DNA of 63,344 nucleotides, counting the filler, from Sphacelaria rigidula (lineage: Eukaryota), in assembly GCA_964200075.2 (NCBI GenBank). It is 8 parts of 8 records of this genome, joined end to end, with 100 filler letters (N's around TTAATTAATTAA, not from the genome) between each part and the next. Parts side by side here need not be neighbours in the genome. Positions count along the whole stretch, not along the records: positions 31,725 to 39,554 come from CAXNAA020013323.1; positions 39,655 to 47,484 come from CAXNAA020013324.1; positions 47,585 to 55,414 come from CAXNAA020013325.1; 5 more parts are not named here. The stretch is one strand, 5' to 3'. The notes beneath the pieces were generated by a model, which was not told the origin of the DNA, did no database searches, and worked only from the letters and a program-made list of their open reading frames with translations. The translations under genes and the position numbers were made by a program. Below are positions 37,241 through 48,940 of this stretch, piece by piece (positions within the stretch are counted from its first letter, which is position 1; the number at the start of each line of letters is the position of its first letter).

Positions 37241-37613
37241 GTGTGTGTGTATTGTCGTCCCATTCATTCTGGACGCCGGTCTACGGCTACACCTCTCGGT
37301 ATATGTGGGCGCACCAGCCGAGGGCAGAGAGGAGGATGACGAACACGGGACTTTTTTCTTTTTTCTTTATGATTTTTCACCGTTCTTCTGCGGTGCTTGC
37401 CTTTAATTTTTTATCGCGAGAGGAGTTCAGCAGTACGTCCCGTTCCCTCGTCGACTATTAAAAAATCGATTTTGTGTACTCACGGCATGGTCGCTCTCCA
37501 CTGTTAGGCATTGTGAGAGAAAAAATCCCAGATAGCCCCGAGATTCGAACCCACGCTCAAACAAACGGCTGGGAGGGGTCGGTGTCACCAACTGAGCCAC
37601 GGGGGCTGTCGGC
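37241..37613 (-). mobile_element. tRNA-derived SINE, near full length
   Basis: Minus strand gccgacagcccccgtggctcagttggtg (A-box) ... gggttcgaatctc (B-box), shared body, (CA)n tail. Confidence 0.85.
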
Positions 37614-37772
37614 TGATAATAAGTGAAGTAAAATGTATATTATGCAATATTTTGCCAATAAATGGATCCGAGTGAAATGTGGAAACTTCCCAAGTACAAC
37701 GATACTACAAAAATACTGTACTACTGTACTGTTGTTGTTCTTGTTGTTGCTGTGCACCTGCAACACAATCAC

Positions 37773-38116
37773 CTGGTCTTCTTGCCATTGCTGATTCTAT
37801 TTCGGTCGTCACCACCACCATCATCCGGTCGACGGCGACGTCGTCGCCAAAAAGCGCTGTCATTCTTACTGATCTTCCTCGGCGTTTGGTTGGCAGCACT
37901 TCGCTCAAAAAGATGTACGGGGTGGGCGACATCTCCCCCGCCAGTTGGGGAGGAGCAGCCTCTGTTGTTCTCGACGCCGGTGTTGCTCCGGGTGGGTCGG
38001 CCTGGCTTCATCGTCGATTTTCCTCCTGGTCTCGCGGGAGCGCCGCCTCTGTTGTTACTGCGCGGCGAGCAATATTGTGTTGATTGCAGTGGTGGAGTGT
38101 TGTTAGCTTGCAACAT
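37773..38116 (-). CDS. Probable first coding exon of a hypothetical disordered protein
   Basis: ATG at 38116, open for 114 codons to CAG|GTGATT. Low-complexity N/G/R/P-rich peptide, divergent from the 38582 exon. Confidence 0.4.
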
Positions 38117-38581
38117 GAAGTATCAGTGTGCTTCGGACAGCAAACACACCAGTACGCCGTACAGTCTCGATGCCTGAGCCTGTAAGCTCGTGTTCCTGAT
38201 GCAGCGTTGTTGGTGCCACCTCGTGTATCAATTGGTAAAGGGGCTTGATCGATAGGCATGGCGCAACTTGAGTAGTCAAGCCAGATGCTTTTCCATTCTT
38301 TATGTGCACACAGCGGTAGCTATGGCAGGTTGGTAACGCTGGCCTTTCTGCAGTCAACGTGATTTGGATGGCGTATTTCGTGCCGCTGGCGGAGATCTTC
38401 CACGTCGTATCTATGGATCGCGGGTCTGAACGACGTGGCTAGTGTAATATCATGATCATTTTGACGGCGGATCTGAACAAACTCAAAAAGCCAAGGTGAT
38501 GAATACCCAGGAACCGCGCCATGCACCCCTCGTCGAACGACCAAGGATAGTACAGTGTGGAACCCCCACCTGTGAGACATC

Positions 38582-38912
38582 ATGCCTCCCCATAATGACT
38601 GCAACAGGCATGATATCTCTATAAAAGCAGTGGCAATGGTGGAAGTGGCTGCGGTATCACCAACTTCCCCATCCAAAACACGAAAATCTGCAAGCTGCGG
38701 TGCTGCAGCACTGACACGTAAAACATCAACATCAGGGCTAGGGATATTAGCTTGGGCAGTTGCGGCATGCTACTGGGGTGGTGTCGGCGGCTACGGCGGT
38801 GCGCAGATGGCCTCCGCCTTTTCATTATCTGGTGGGTCTTCGTGGGCGATGTCAAGGCGATATGGCGGTGGTGCTGTTGGCCATGCAGATGCAGCAGCTA
38901 CAACAACCGTAG
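38582..38912 (+). CDS. Probable first exon of a plastid-targeted protein (bipartite signal with ASAF motif)
   Basis: Hydrophobic stretch GLGILAWAVAACYWGG, then MASAFSLSGGSS (ASAF at 38810-38821) and a Ser/Arg/Gly-rich transit-like segment. Donor TAG|GTGCGG at 38913. Start is ATG 38582 or 38636. Confidence 0.55.
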
Positions 38913-39830
38913 GTGCGGTACGCATAAACAGGAGTACAAGTAGAGTACTCGTACGACACGGTAGTGTCACGGTGTATAACACCCCTCTACTCTGATTAGA
39001 GTGGTTTGATTTACTCAGGAGTCGGATATGATCGATTCTTGAGCTTACCACAGTTTTCACGCACAAACGTGAGCAGGACATGATTTCCCATGCTCATGGG
39101 GGTTGTCGTTGCATTGATATGTTTATCATCCACCGTACCAAGCATATCCAAGTAAGTCCACAGTGCTGTCAGTGTTCGACGTATCCCCCTCCCCCCCCAC
39201 CACGGGCCATGAATGTCTACAATGTTTTGTGGGGGAGGAAATAGACGCTTCATGACCGCGTTAAATTATTTGAAGGCAAATTGGCACCAGGAAGGTGCGA
39301 AGGAGGTAGCGTTCGATATCACTAGTCCCGGTAATTGTGGAAGAGTCGAGAGTCGAGACTGAAAAAGTAAATGTCACTGACGAGCGGTTGAGCTGGTACG
39401 CGCGGACGTTTCCGATGCGCCATGCCAAGCCAGCAGCCCAAGCCAAATCTTGCAAGGTTGTGTTCTGTAAGGTACGATTTTCTGTATACCCGGGGTATTT
39501 TTCCGGGTATGTACCGTACCCGATAGTTATGTGACTTCTGTAAGACTTTCACACNNNNNNNNNNNNNNNNNNNNNNNNNNNNNNNNNNNNNNNNNNNNTT
39601 AATTAATTAANNNNNNNNNNNNNNNNNNNNNNNNNNNNNNNNNNNNNNNNNNNNAAACAAGAAAATAATTTACCCCCCCACCCCACACCTCCCACCCCCT
39701 CCCCCTTCCCACTTAACCCCACCAAAAAAAAAAAAAAAAAAAACAACCGTGAGAAACAGTCTAAATTCTAGATCGATCCGAGTTCAGGAGATATTTCAGT
39801 AATGGTGTTTGTAGTTTGAAAGCCCATTAA

Positions 39831-40119
39831 GCAGCCAATATTTAGAGTTGGACCCTGAAATTTGGTATGAACAATGAATATGGCATGGTAAAAACAAATA
39901 TCAGTGCACACAAGTTTTCTTTTCATGAGGTAAGGGCATTTTACTGATACCTGATTGATTTTGTTTATTAAATCGCACTGAAAAAATCAATATGAAAAAT
40001 GATTATTGCCCTTAACAAATTAAAAAAACAAAAATCTTGTGTGCACTGGTATCTGTTTATATTATGCCCTATTCATTGTCCATACCAAATCTCAGGATCC
40101 AACTCTAAATATTGGCCAG
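39831..40119. mobile_element. ~290-bp palindromic MITE (GAGTTGGACCCTGAAA family), flanked by TTAA
   Basis: gccaatatttagagttggaccctgaaatttggtatg vs cataccaaatctcaggatccaactctaaatattggc; arms extend ~100 bp. TTAA at 39827-39830 and 40120-40123. Confidence 0.8.
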
Positions 40120-41109
40120 TTAATGGTACGTTTAGTCACGGGGTCAGAATGAATTCGGAACAGTATTTTACAGGCCACTTACCGGCCCACGTTTGGTGAT
40201 TGTGTGTTGAAACTTTGTGTGGGTTGTGATTAGGGCATAGTTGACAAAACGAAATGGATCAGGTTGGCTTTTTTTCTTCTTCATTGGTTAAGGTCATTTT
40301 ATAGTATGGGAACGACCATTTTTTTACGAGAATGCCCGAACCTCTCCCCCCCCCCCAAAAAATGAGAGCCCATTTTTTAAAAATTCAGCATACCTCCGTG
40401 GTTCTTTATCCTGAGTTTCAAATCACAATTCTCAAGATTGAGCTAAAAAATTGAGATAAGGCTTACGAACAGTGGTCATTTCTTCTCAAAACTGCCTAAA
40501 AACGAAAAAAATACCCGAAAAAATGGAAAAGCTCTTCCTTCTAGCTTTACTATGTACTGTCGTTTTTCCATACGAAATTTCATAGCATAACTCTCAGAAA
40601 CTGAGACGCGATATCCATATTTATTAGTCCATCTAGTGCCTCTGCTCGTAATATATTGATTTTAGTATAGAAACTTATGTGCATCATATGTCGAGATGAC
40701 GAATCAGGTGAAGTTGACGGTATCTATCGTCTCCCCGTTCTCCAGGGAATGTCCACACCAAAAATCGTCGTCACCTGCTGAATGTATCGATCGGAGGTTT
40801 CATATTGGTTCTAGTCTTGACGTCATCTCCGTTAGGTAAAGGAAATCCTAGACATGAGGTTTATTCAACGAGAAAATATTGGCCCACACTTTTGAGCAGA
40901 TGGGCACCCTCCCCCTTGGTTACTCGAGTAATAATAAGGTATGGGGATCATGGCCCAACTCGTCTATGTCGATGAGATATTGCTTCGAGAGCTTGAATCC
41001 GTTTCTAGGCTGGCCCAGCTCGTACTGTACACTCGTACGTGAACCAACTTGATAGTTCGGAAGTAGTATGACTAATATTACAGTGTGATATGAACTCCCC
41101 CCTCCCCCC

Positions 41110-41681
41110 GGCTGGTCGGGCGAGAACCCGGCGTGCTCCGTGCTGGCTTTGTAAGAGCGGACCCCCGATGGAGTTGGCGTCGGTTGGCGATGACGCTATA
41201 AAACACGCCACTCACCGCGTATGCTAGGCAACCAGGTTGCCGCTTTTTTTTTTGCGCGCTTGCGTTTTTTTTTTCGATAACCATGATGATGGTAGTCGAG
41301 CTAGATCATGTTGTGCGGCGTGGGAGAACCTCAACTGAGCACAACGGGGATGGTCGTACCACGTAGTGTTCACATGGATGGTGAGACACCCGTGAGGCAG
41401 TGTATAAGCCGTGGCTGTCTCTGGAAGTGGCGATACCAGAACATAAAGCAACTCATTGTAGGTTGTTATCCAGATGCAAGATTATCAGTTCGCTTCGGGC
41501 CCCACAATCTTAGCAGTTCACCCTTCATGCGACTCGCCGAACATACCATGGCGCTTCGCGCATGGTGATTGAGTGCGAGCCTGGTCCGGCGAAAACCCGG
41601 CGTGCTCCGTCCTTTGTAGGGATGCGAGGTCAATGGTCTAATGACTATATAGCATGCATGATCATGAGTACACCCCCCCCC
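41110..41681 (+). mobile_element. Non-autonomous ~570-bp direct-repeat-plus-tail element flanked by poly-C (copy 2)
   Basis: Direct repeats 41110-41155 and 41579-41621; tail ...gcatgatcatgagtacac + C-run. Colinear with 27300-27903. A tail-only copy lies at 47585-47637. Confidence 0.8.
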
Positions 41682-43399
41682 GCGCGCGCGCGCGCCGCCG
41701 GTGCTCCGTCTCGTAAGGAATGCGCTGTCAGTACATTTGTCAAACGACCAAGGCAAGCAACAAATAAAAGAGTACGGCACCCGCTCGCGCGAAATTTGGG
41801 CTTGCCGTGCTTGTTCTGAGAGATACTGTACCACCCCGTTTCCCCAACTCGAGCAATTGAGCTATGCGTGTCAATATAACTGGCGAAGCCTTCAGCTCTT
41901 GGCTGCGATGACCCAGCTTGTATATGCGTCTACACTAGCACTCCAAGACTCATATACATTCCGGTCCGCTCAAAATAAAGTTCGAGAACGAACTGAGGAC
42001 AGAGGAACCCAAGGAACGGCGAGGACAGGAGGAAGGTTGAAAGTTCCGCAAAATGGAACATGACTCAGAGGGTGTGAGAGTCGCTCGTGGCATTCGAGAA
42101 GCCACAGCTCTGTACGTGCCACGCAATTCCAGCACATTATTTTCACCAGAAAGAGCTCGGGACAACAGACATCAACAGACCTCGACAACGAGGAACGACG
42201 AAAGAGACAAAGAGACAGAGTCAAAGGAAAAAGCGAACTAGCAAAAGATGCCTCGCTCCCGACGCGCTGCTCCCGCACGTAGGGCTGCCCCTCCCCGAAG
42301 GTGAGCATAACAGCATGCCCTGTACAGCACAGCACTCAGACCGTCTTCAACGATGAGTACGCTTGAGCCGGACAGACAGTTTTGACATTGCAGTATTGAC
42401 TGACTGCTGCGATGTTTCCCCCCACAGTGCAGTGGAGGACATGGAATAACTGTAATCAGTATACTGTAGGGCGTGTACAGGAGCCCCACGGCATACTCAC
42501 AGATGATTTGTGTGGAGGTGTATCAACATCATCGTATCGAGGCTTTTCGTTAATTGGTTTCACCCACCTATATAGCCCGCTAACAAGACTGGACAGCATG
42601 TGTCAGTACCCGTGAATCCTTTAGCCTCTGAATTTTACAAAACAACCAACAGCGGTGGAGGGAACAGGCAATCCCTGTCGCACTTCCGCACCTTACATAC
42701 GGTGCACTATATCATAACAGTACAGCAATGCAACGTATCAACCCCTTTTGTGAGCACCACGATCGTAGGCTACACGCCCGATGCGTCCACCTTCAAGTAC
42801 GAAATTATCACAAACTCTCCGTAAGCGTTACTCTTCGTGCACAACTGTCTGTGGACTGACCCCGAGACCCCGTCGTCGATCCACCCACCAGGGAGAGGCG
42901 AGGCTGTTGTGTGTACTGTAAAAGGGAGGTTTTATGTGTGTGCACGAATGCTTGGTCGAATAATTTACTGGACGCACTGCAGAAATGCGAAACGCAAACC
43001 GGAGAACCCGGCTTGAATCAGCACTCTATGTATGCTCAAAATCCTAGAGAAAGGGGGCACAGGGAAACAACATACTGACTCTAGGCAAAGTGCGAGTTAG
43101 CGGAACTTGAATGTCAACCGAACGCCGAATTGTGCGTGAACTCCTTGTGTTAATTAATGCGAATCGGTATTCAACCGGTGGAGACAGTTTGGATGAGAAC
43201 TGGGTAACCGAGTGTATAGCGTACTTGAGGAATGTAGCAGACATGAAGGAGGGTCACGCGTTAAACTCGAAGCCTTTGATGCTCCCTTCGATGGCATCTC
43301 GTCTTGGACGTCATATTGAAAGTCCATCCATGATTCTCCGCCTTACCGACCATCGTGATACATCAACCCTTCGACCGCTAAGTTGGGTCGTCTGTTGAA

Positions 43400-46030
43400 C
43401 AGGCATTCATTCTCAGTCGAAAAATGAAGGGAAGACCCACATCATCCATGTTGGCGGTCGACAAGTTAGGCGCCTCCGCAGGGGGACACCCGAGTCTAGG
43501 TGTCCTTTTATTCAAGCGACGATGATGAGGGTTTACCAGATGGACAACCTGGGCGCTCACAGGGTAACAGTCCGTGAATCTCAACATGTTATTGATCAAT
43601 ACGGCTGTGTAGACGTCCACGACGCCCGGAGGAGTCGCACCTCTTCCCCCTGCTGCGTGTGTCGCTGGGTAATGAAAATGCACGAAGAATCGTGTTACCC
43701 CACGTACAAAAGCTGTCCTCACACTTCGGAAGATGGAAAAACAGAAATGGCCCGCTACGGACGTGTCGCATCGCGGTTGGTTCCGGGGACACAAGGTTTC
43801 TGGGCTACAGCGCAGTTATCCACGCGTCGTGCCACACGCACTCCACTACTTGTTTGAGTCTGGAATTCGCTTTTGTCTACGGTGCGCGTGTTGCCCCTCT
43901 TCATGTCCCGCTTCTATCCGCCTCCCCGCCTCCCCGCCTCATGTTCTCCGTAGATTCGTTCATCTACCATTAATAGGTGGCGTACACGTCTCGACATGAG
44001 TGTATTGATGAGTATGACGACCACAGCACAAAGTGACGTGGCATCCTCCGCGAGTCTGCATAAACCTTGGTAACCCTAACCCTAACCCTAACCCAAGGAC
44101 AACGCCTCACTCCAGGGCCATGTTGTCGGGTCGAGGAATGTGCGATTGAACAAGTCAGTCACACTTGACTTTCATGCCCATTTTCGGTCCCTGCGATACC
44201 CCACGGGATAGATGGGTCCGAAAAAGTCGCTCAAGGCTGTGCGAAAACGGCGTTGAGCTCGCTCGTTGACGTGCATGATGGGAGTGACCCAAGGTGGGGA
44301 ATGTACAGACGCGGCGCTGACAGGGCTAAGGCAGAACCCCTCGTAATGACATGCAGTTTCCCCCGGACAATGCATATGAACTCGCAAACTGTAGATGTCT
44401 ATCAGGTGCCAGCCGCGCAGCCAGTGAGACAAGCGCAAAAGGCTAACAGTTTCATCGTAAGCAACTTTTTTGGCACCCCAACAGTCACCCCTCATCCTGA
44501 ATGAGCATTGGACTGATTTTACTCGAACGACAGCTGCCGCCGCCGGTTGTCATGCCCTTTTGCTGCGGTAGGCCTTACGCGGTGGTACGTCGTTAGATTC
44601 TGAATGACATCGACGCGGTTCGCTCGCATTTCTTGTGCCGTTGGGTCGCACAGCAAAATCATCTTGGTGCAGATCTGGACGTGTTTGCCTTCACGGCAGA
44701 AGTCCGCACGTGGTGGCTGTGGCTCAAAACTAGAATACAGGGTGGGCCAGCCGACAAATTTGCGCGTTCCCTCAGCACACGATATCGATCTTTCAGTTTT
44801 CCGCAACAGCCCGGTGCAAGTGTACCCCTGTGAACCGCAGACCATATTACTGATGAAACGCTCTGCCGCTAAAAGCATGATGAAATAATATTTCAACGAC
44901 CGCACCAGATTCTGCTCAAAAGTGTCTGATGGGATATGAACTCGTGAACCTTCCGCTTTTCTGGAAGTATCCCGTTCTGTATCAATTGGATAACGGGGTG
45001 CAGTGGAGCTACACGGAAATTTGAATGGTCTGCCCTATTCGAAGATATTTGAATCCGAAATTCAACAACGACCTCCCATACGCGAGCTGAAGTTCTTTGC
45101 GTAAGGCCGCTGCTCATGGCAGACAAGGATGAAAATTTGGACCAGCATTTTTCTGCAGCATTCAGGTCGTCCCACACCCTGAGGAAGAGCTGAGCGGATT
45201 TGGACACCTCGGGATACCTTGGTGAACTTGTTGAGACGGTTCGAGCACACCTTTACGTTTTCCCGGTGGCCGTAGATTTTTTCTTCCCCAGACAACGTGG
45301 GATTTTTTTGTGGACTTGACCAGTCTCCGAGTAAAATGCGAGGTCGGGGAAGAAAACTGCGGCCACCGGAAAAGGGTGTGCTAGAACCGTGTCAACAAGT
45401 GCAGCGAGGCATTCCAAGGCGTCAAAATCTCCCTAGCTCTCTTGTAGGGCGTAAAACGAGGCATCAATTCCAGAAATGCAGTTTCCTAGATTTTCACTCT
45501 TGTCCGCCATGCCATGAGTAGCGACCTACGCAGGTTTTTTCATTTTTCCATCGAGTTGTAACATCTTTTCTTCAAGAAGGTCAAATCGTTTGCGTTTTTT
45601 TTTTCTTGGCTGCTTCGGCAACCTTCCGCTTTTTTGTTATACTGATATCTTGTCAATTTTGGTCCAGGTCCTGAAATCAAGCAGGACGAAGGTGTTCAAC
45701 CCCCAATAGATATTCTTGGCTGGCCCAGCTCGTGAAAAATCGAGTTCTAGAATATGACGTCTTATGCTCCGACAAAGCACGGCCTGAGGCACTGTTGCCC
45801 ACCTAGTCAAATGCCCTGTCACGTCGAAGCATCAGCCCATCCCTCGCGTGATAGGTAGCTTGTTGTGCACTTGATTCTCGAGCATTGGATGAGCACTCGC
45901 GTAGCCCGTCAGCTTTCGCATTCCGCCTATTTTTGTTGAAAAAAAATTCCTTACGGAAACCAGACAAGGTGCACCGTCTAGTCTGCTGAATGAATTCACG
46001 CCCGTAGTATCCGCCCCGATTGTGGGTGCA
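43400..46030 (-). pseudogene. Decayed intronless coding region, possibly TE-borne with a Ulp1-like (C48) protease remnant
   Basis: Chain of frameshifted minus-strand ORFs. SHWLRGWHLIDIYSLRVHMHCP resembles HW....vD....i...Dp, and the downstream QPRCDTS/SGPFLFFHL resembles Q......CGpF. Weak. Confidence 0.3.
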
Positions 46031-46965
46031 AAGCATTCGCCTAGCAGCCGGCTGGCTAGACTACGGCGTGTTCAAAGGTTGAACCCACCACGGGTGTGCT
46101 GAGTAGGGTATTTCCCACGTTTGAGTGATTTGTAACGTCATACCGTTAGCACCCAAAATGTGGATGGAGTATTACGCTCGTGCCCCACAATGTCCAGATA
46201 CTGGGTAGAGGAATGCGATCGTATCTAACTTTTACTCAACGTTTGGCTGAAACTTGGAAATCCCACTATCGCAGCACAAAAATTGGGAGAGTAAAAAGCC
46301 GGGCATTTTCACCCTACTCGGCACATCAGTTCTCATGGTTGCTTGTCACGTTGGATTTTCCAGCTTGAAGCGGGGGATTTAGGGTCTTCAGGGCATCTTG
46401 CCGCGCTCCGGTGGCGTAATGGTCCGACTGTCGCCATTAGGGTGGAAAGAACGGGGAATCGATTCCCGATGCGTTGGTTTTTTCTTCGTGATGTATGATT
46501 CCCACCGTGCGTAGCGTGAGAACGTGCGTAAACAAAATAGTCGACTGGGTTTGTGTGATGTGAGATGACGCGGTGCGGGAGTGCTGACCCAATCCTCGAG
46601 ACCAAAATGAAAGGCACGTCCCGGGGGAGGGATAGGTCGACCCCTTGAGACCACGGACTCATCCCGAGGAAGGGGGGGCTCGAAATGGCGGCAGAGCAGA
46701 TGGGGTAACAATATCCCGCAGTCGTCAATCGTCACGTCAAGTTAACAGGATCGCCTACTCGGTAGATGAGCAGACCCGAGTGCTGTACGTGTTCATGTTC
46801 GTGAGTTCCCACTCTCAGACCGCGTTCAGTAAGTAATCCCGGAGCGGGAGGCCCTGGTGCAGCGAACGGCGTCACTCAACGTTTTTACCCATTTTTTCTC
46901 GAGTTCAGGATGAAAATATCAGGGTACTCCTCGGAAAATTTCCCGACGAAAATTCCCACGATATT

Positions 46966-47484
46966 TGGACGGTTACGGTAATTCCCGTCATATTGTGATA
47001 CCGCCAAGAAAGTACCGCCGTATTATTGTGTTAACGGGACCGCTCAACAGTTCCCGTCATATTGCATACCGCCGAAAAAATTCCGCCGTAATACAGCGTT
47101 ACCGGGACCGTATTCCAAAGTCCGCCTTGTCGCGCGTTACCACGGCCGGTTAGTCAAACAGATTGAACAGCAACCCTGCATACGTACAGAACTTGAGTTC
47201 GATCTTCACCTGTCGCTTTTTTTTTTTGGCATTGTATTTTGGTGCAGTATTTGTATACTTTCTGTCGGCGTTATACGTTTTACCACCCTATGGTGTTGTT
47301 ACCGCCGTATTGTTTTACCGCCATATTTGGCACTACCGTGTACCGCCGAAGGCGGTACCGTCATATTGCGAGCCACCGAAAAATTACCGTCATAATTTGT
47401 AGTACTGTCAACCGCCGAAGGCGGTATCGTCAAAAAACGAGAAACCGCCTACCGCCTAAAACTTCCCGTCATATTGCGGTACCG
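46966..47484. repeat. Repeat element with recurrent TTCCCGTCATATTG and ACCGCCG motifs, truncated by contig end
   Basis: ccgtcatattg at ~46985, 47054, 47358 and 47466; numerous accgccg. Confidence 0.6.
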
Positions 47485-48940
47485 NNNNNNNNNNNNNNNN
47501 NNNNNNNNNNNNNNNNNNNNNNNNNNNNTTAATTAATTAANNNNNNNNNNNNNNNNNNNNNNNNNNNNNNNNNNNNNNNNNNNNGAGGTCAATGGTCTGA
47601 TGACTATGGCACGCATGATCATGAGTACACCCCCCCCTCAAAATTCGCCTGAATCGAACAGCTTGCCCGGTCTTCGGTGCGTGTGAGAGAATGTTTCTAG
47701 ATGGATACTGTGTACCTTGAACATTTCACGGCACTCATTATCACGCACAGGCATCCGCAATAGAAGGCGTACGCATCCACAGTTACCCCTGACTCCACTA
47801 CTGTAGAGTACGAGATACTTTTGATCGATGAGGTTCAGTGTCCAGTGTGTGTTTAGCGAGCACCGACGACGTGTGTAAACAGAAGAGTGCGTGGAAGTCG
47901 TTCTGTACCCTAAAGTGCGTCGTTTTGGCAACCTCTGCGCTGCGCGATTTTTGCTGAAACGGTGACTGCAGCCTCATGTCTTGACGGCTTGAAGCCACGA
48001 CCAGCACTTGATACGTGGTTGACCAAGAACTGGAGTGAGGACCATCGAGCGCTGTTCGGGGGGCGGGGGGCGGGGGGGGGGGGGGGGGGTGCAGTGCAAC
48101 TCTCTTCGCGTTTGCGTTTGGCCTCCTCGGCTGGACTGTGATGATTTGTCAGCTTTTGTCGCTGTGGGCCCAAATCTCCTATCTCGATTTATTTGTTTTC
48201 CTACTGGTATCGGATCCCGGACCAGATTGCAACAAAAACAAATCGAGGATCTATCCCTTTTTTTGGCACAGCTTTCAAGCCCTCTCCTTCCTCGGGACGG
48301 GTCCGTGCTCTCAAGGAACCAAGCCATCTCCCACTCAGTACACGCCAGGTAATTTAGTATCGCGGATGGAATCATGACTATCAGCATTCCCGCACCAGGT
48401 CGAAGCTCTTGAATTTTTTTTTTGCTTCTCACTTCCTCACGTTTCCAACCATAAAACTCACATGCTTTTAAGCAAAGAAGAAAAGAAGAAAGCCCAATCT
48501 TCATCTGCTGGTCATCAAACCTACATTTCCCCCCCCGACCTGATCGAAGGGGTCACACGCCCTTCAATCCAGGCACAACATATGAGGCATTCACCTACAT
48601 CTCGTGCCTTATCATCGCACTTCGCTACCCCCGTTTGTTTCACCTTTGCATTGCTGTATCGTACTCTAGTAGTTTTCATGAAGGTCTTGCATCAAGAGGT
48701 CTGTGCATACCTCCATTGCCCCTCCCCCCAGACGCGACACACTTTTTTGTTGCAGCTATATTAGCCATGCCTACCCATGCACGTATGACGACTTCCCGAG
48801 CCCACGTTACGACGCAAAACGCTGTTCGTGTCCCCTTGCTGCCGCAGGAGCCCTCACTGTAATCAATACACTACGTAACTGTTTCGTTTTTCCTCCTCTC
48901 TGCTTGCTCCTTCCCACTTCCACACCGACCGTTCCTTCAG

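Noticed and set aside
44070..44094. True telomere
   Set aside because: Only ~4 units, internal to the contig; treated as an interstitial, element-borne repeat.
45718..45733. Additional mariner-like TIR (ggctggcccagctcgt)
   Set aside because: It lacks the terminal TA and has no visible partner; it may be chance or a fragment.
47585..47637. Hammerhead ribozyme (CTGATGA in the tail of the poly-C element)
   Set aside because: CTGATGA is not conserved in other copies (ctaatga, ccaaga), and I could not build stems II/III with GAAA and a UH site.
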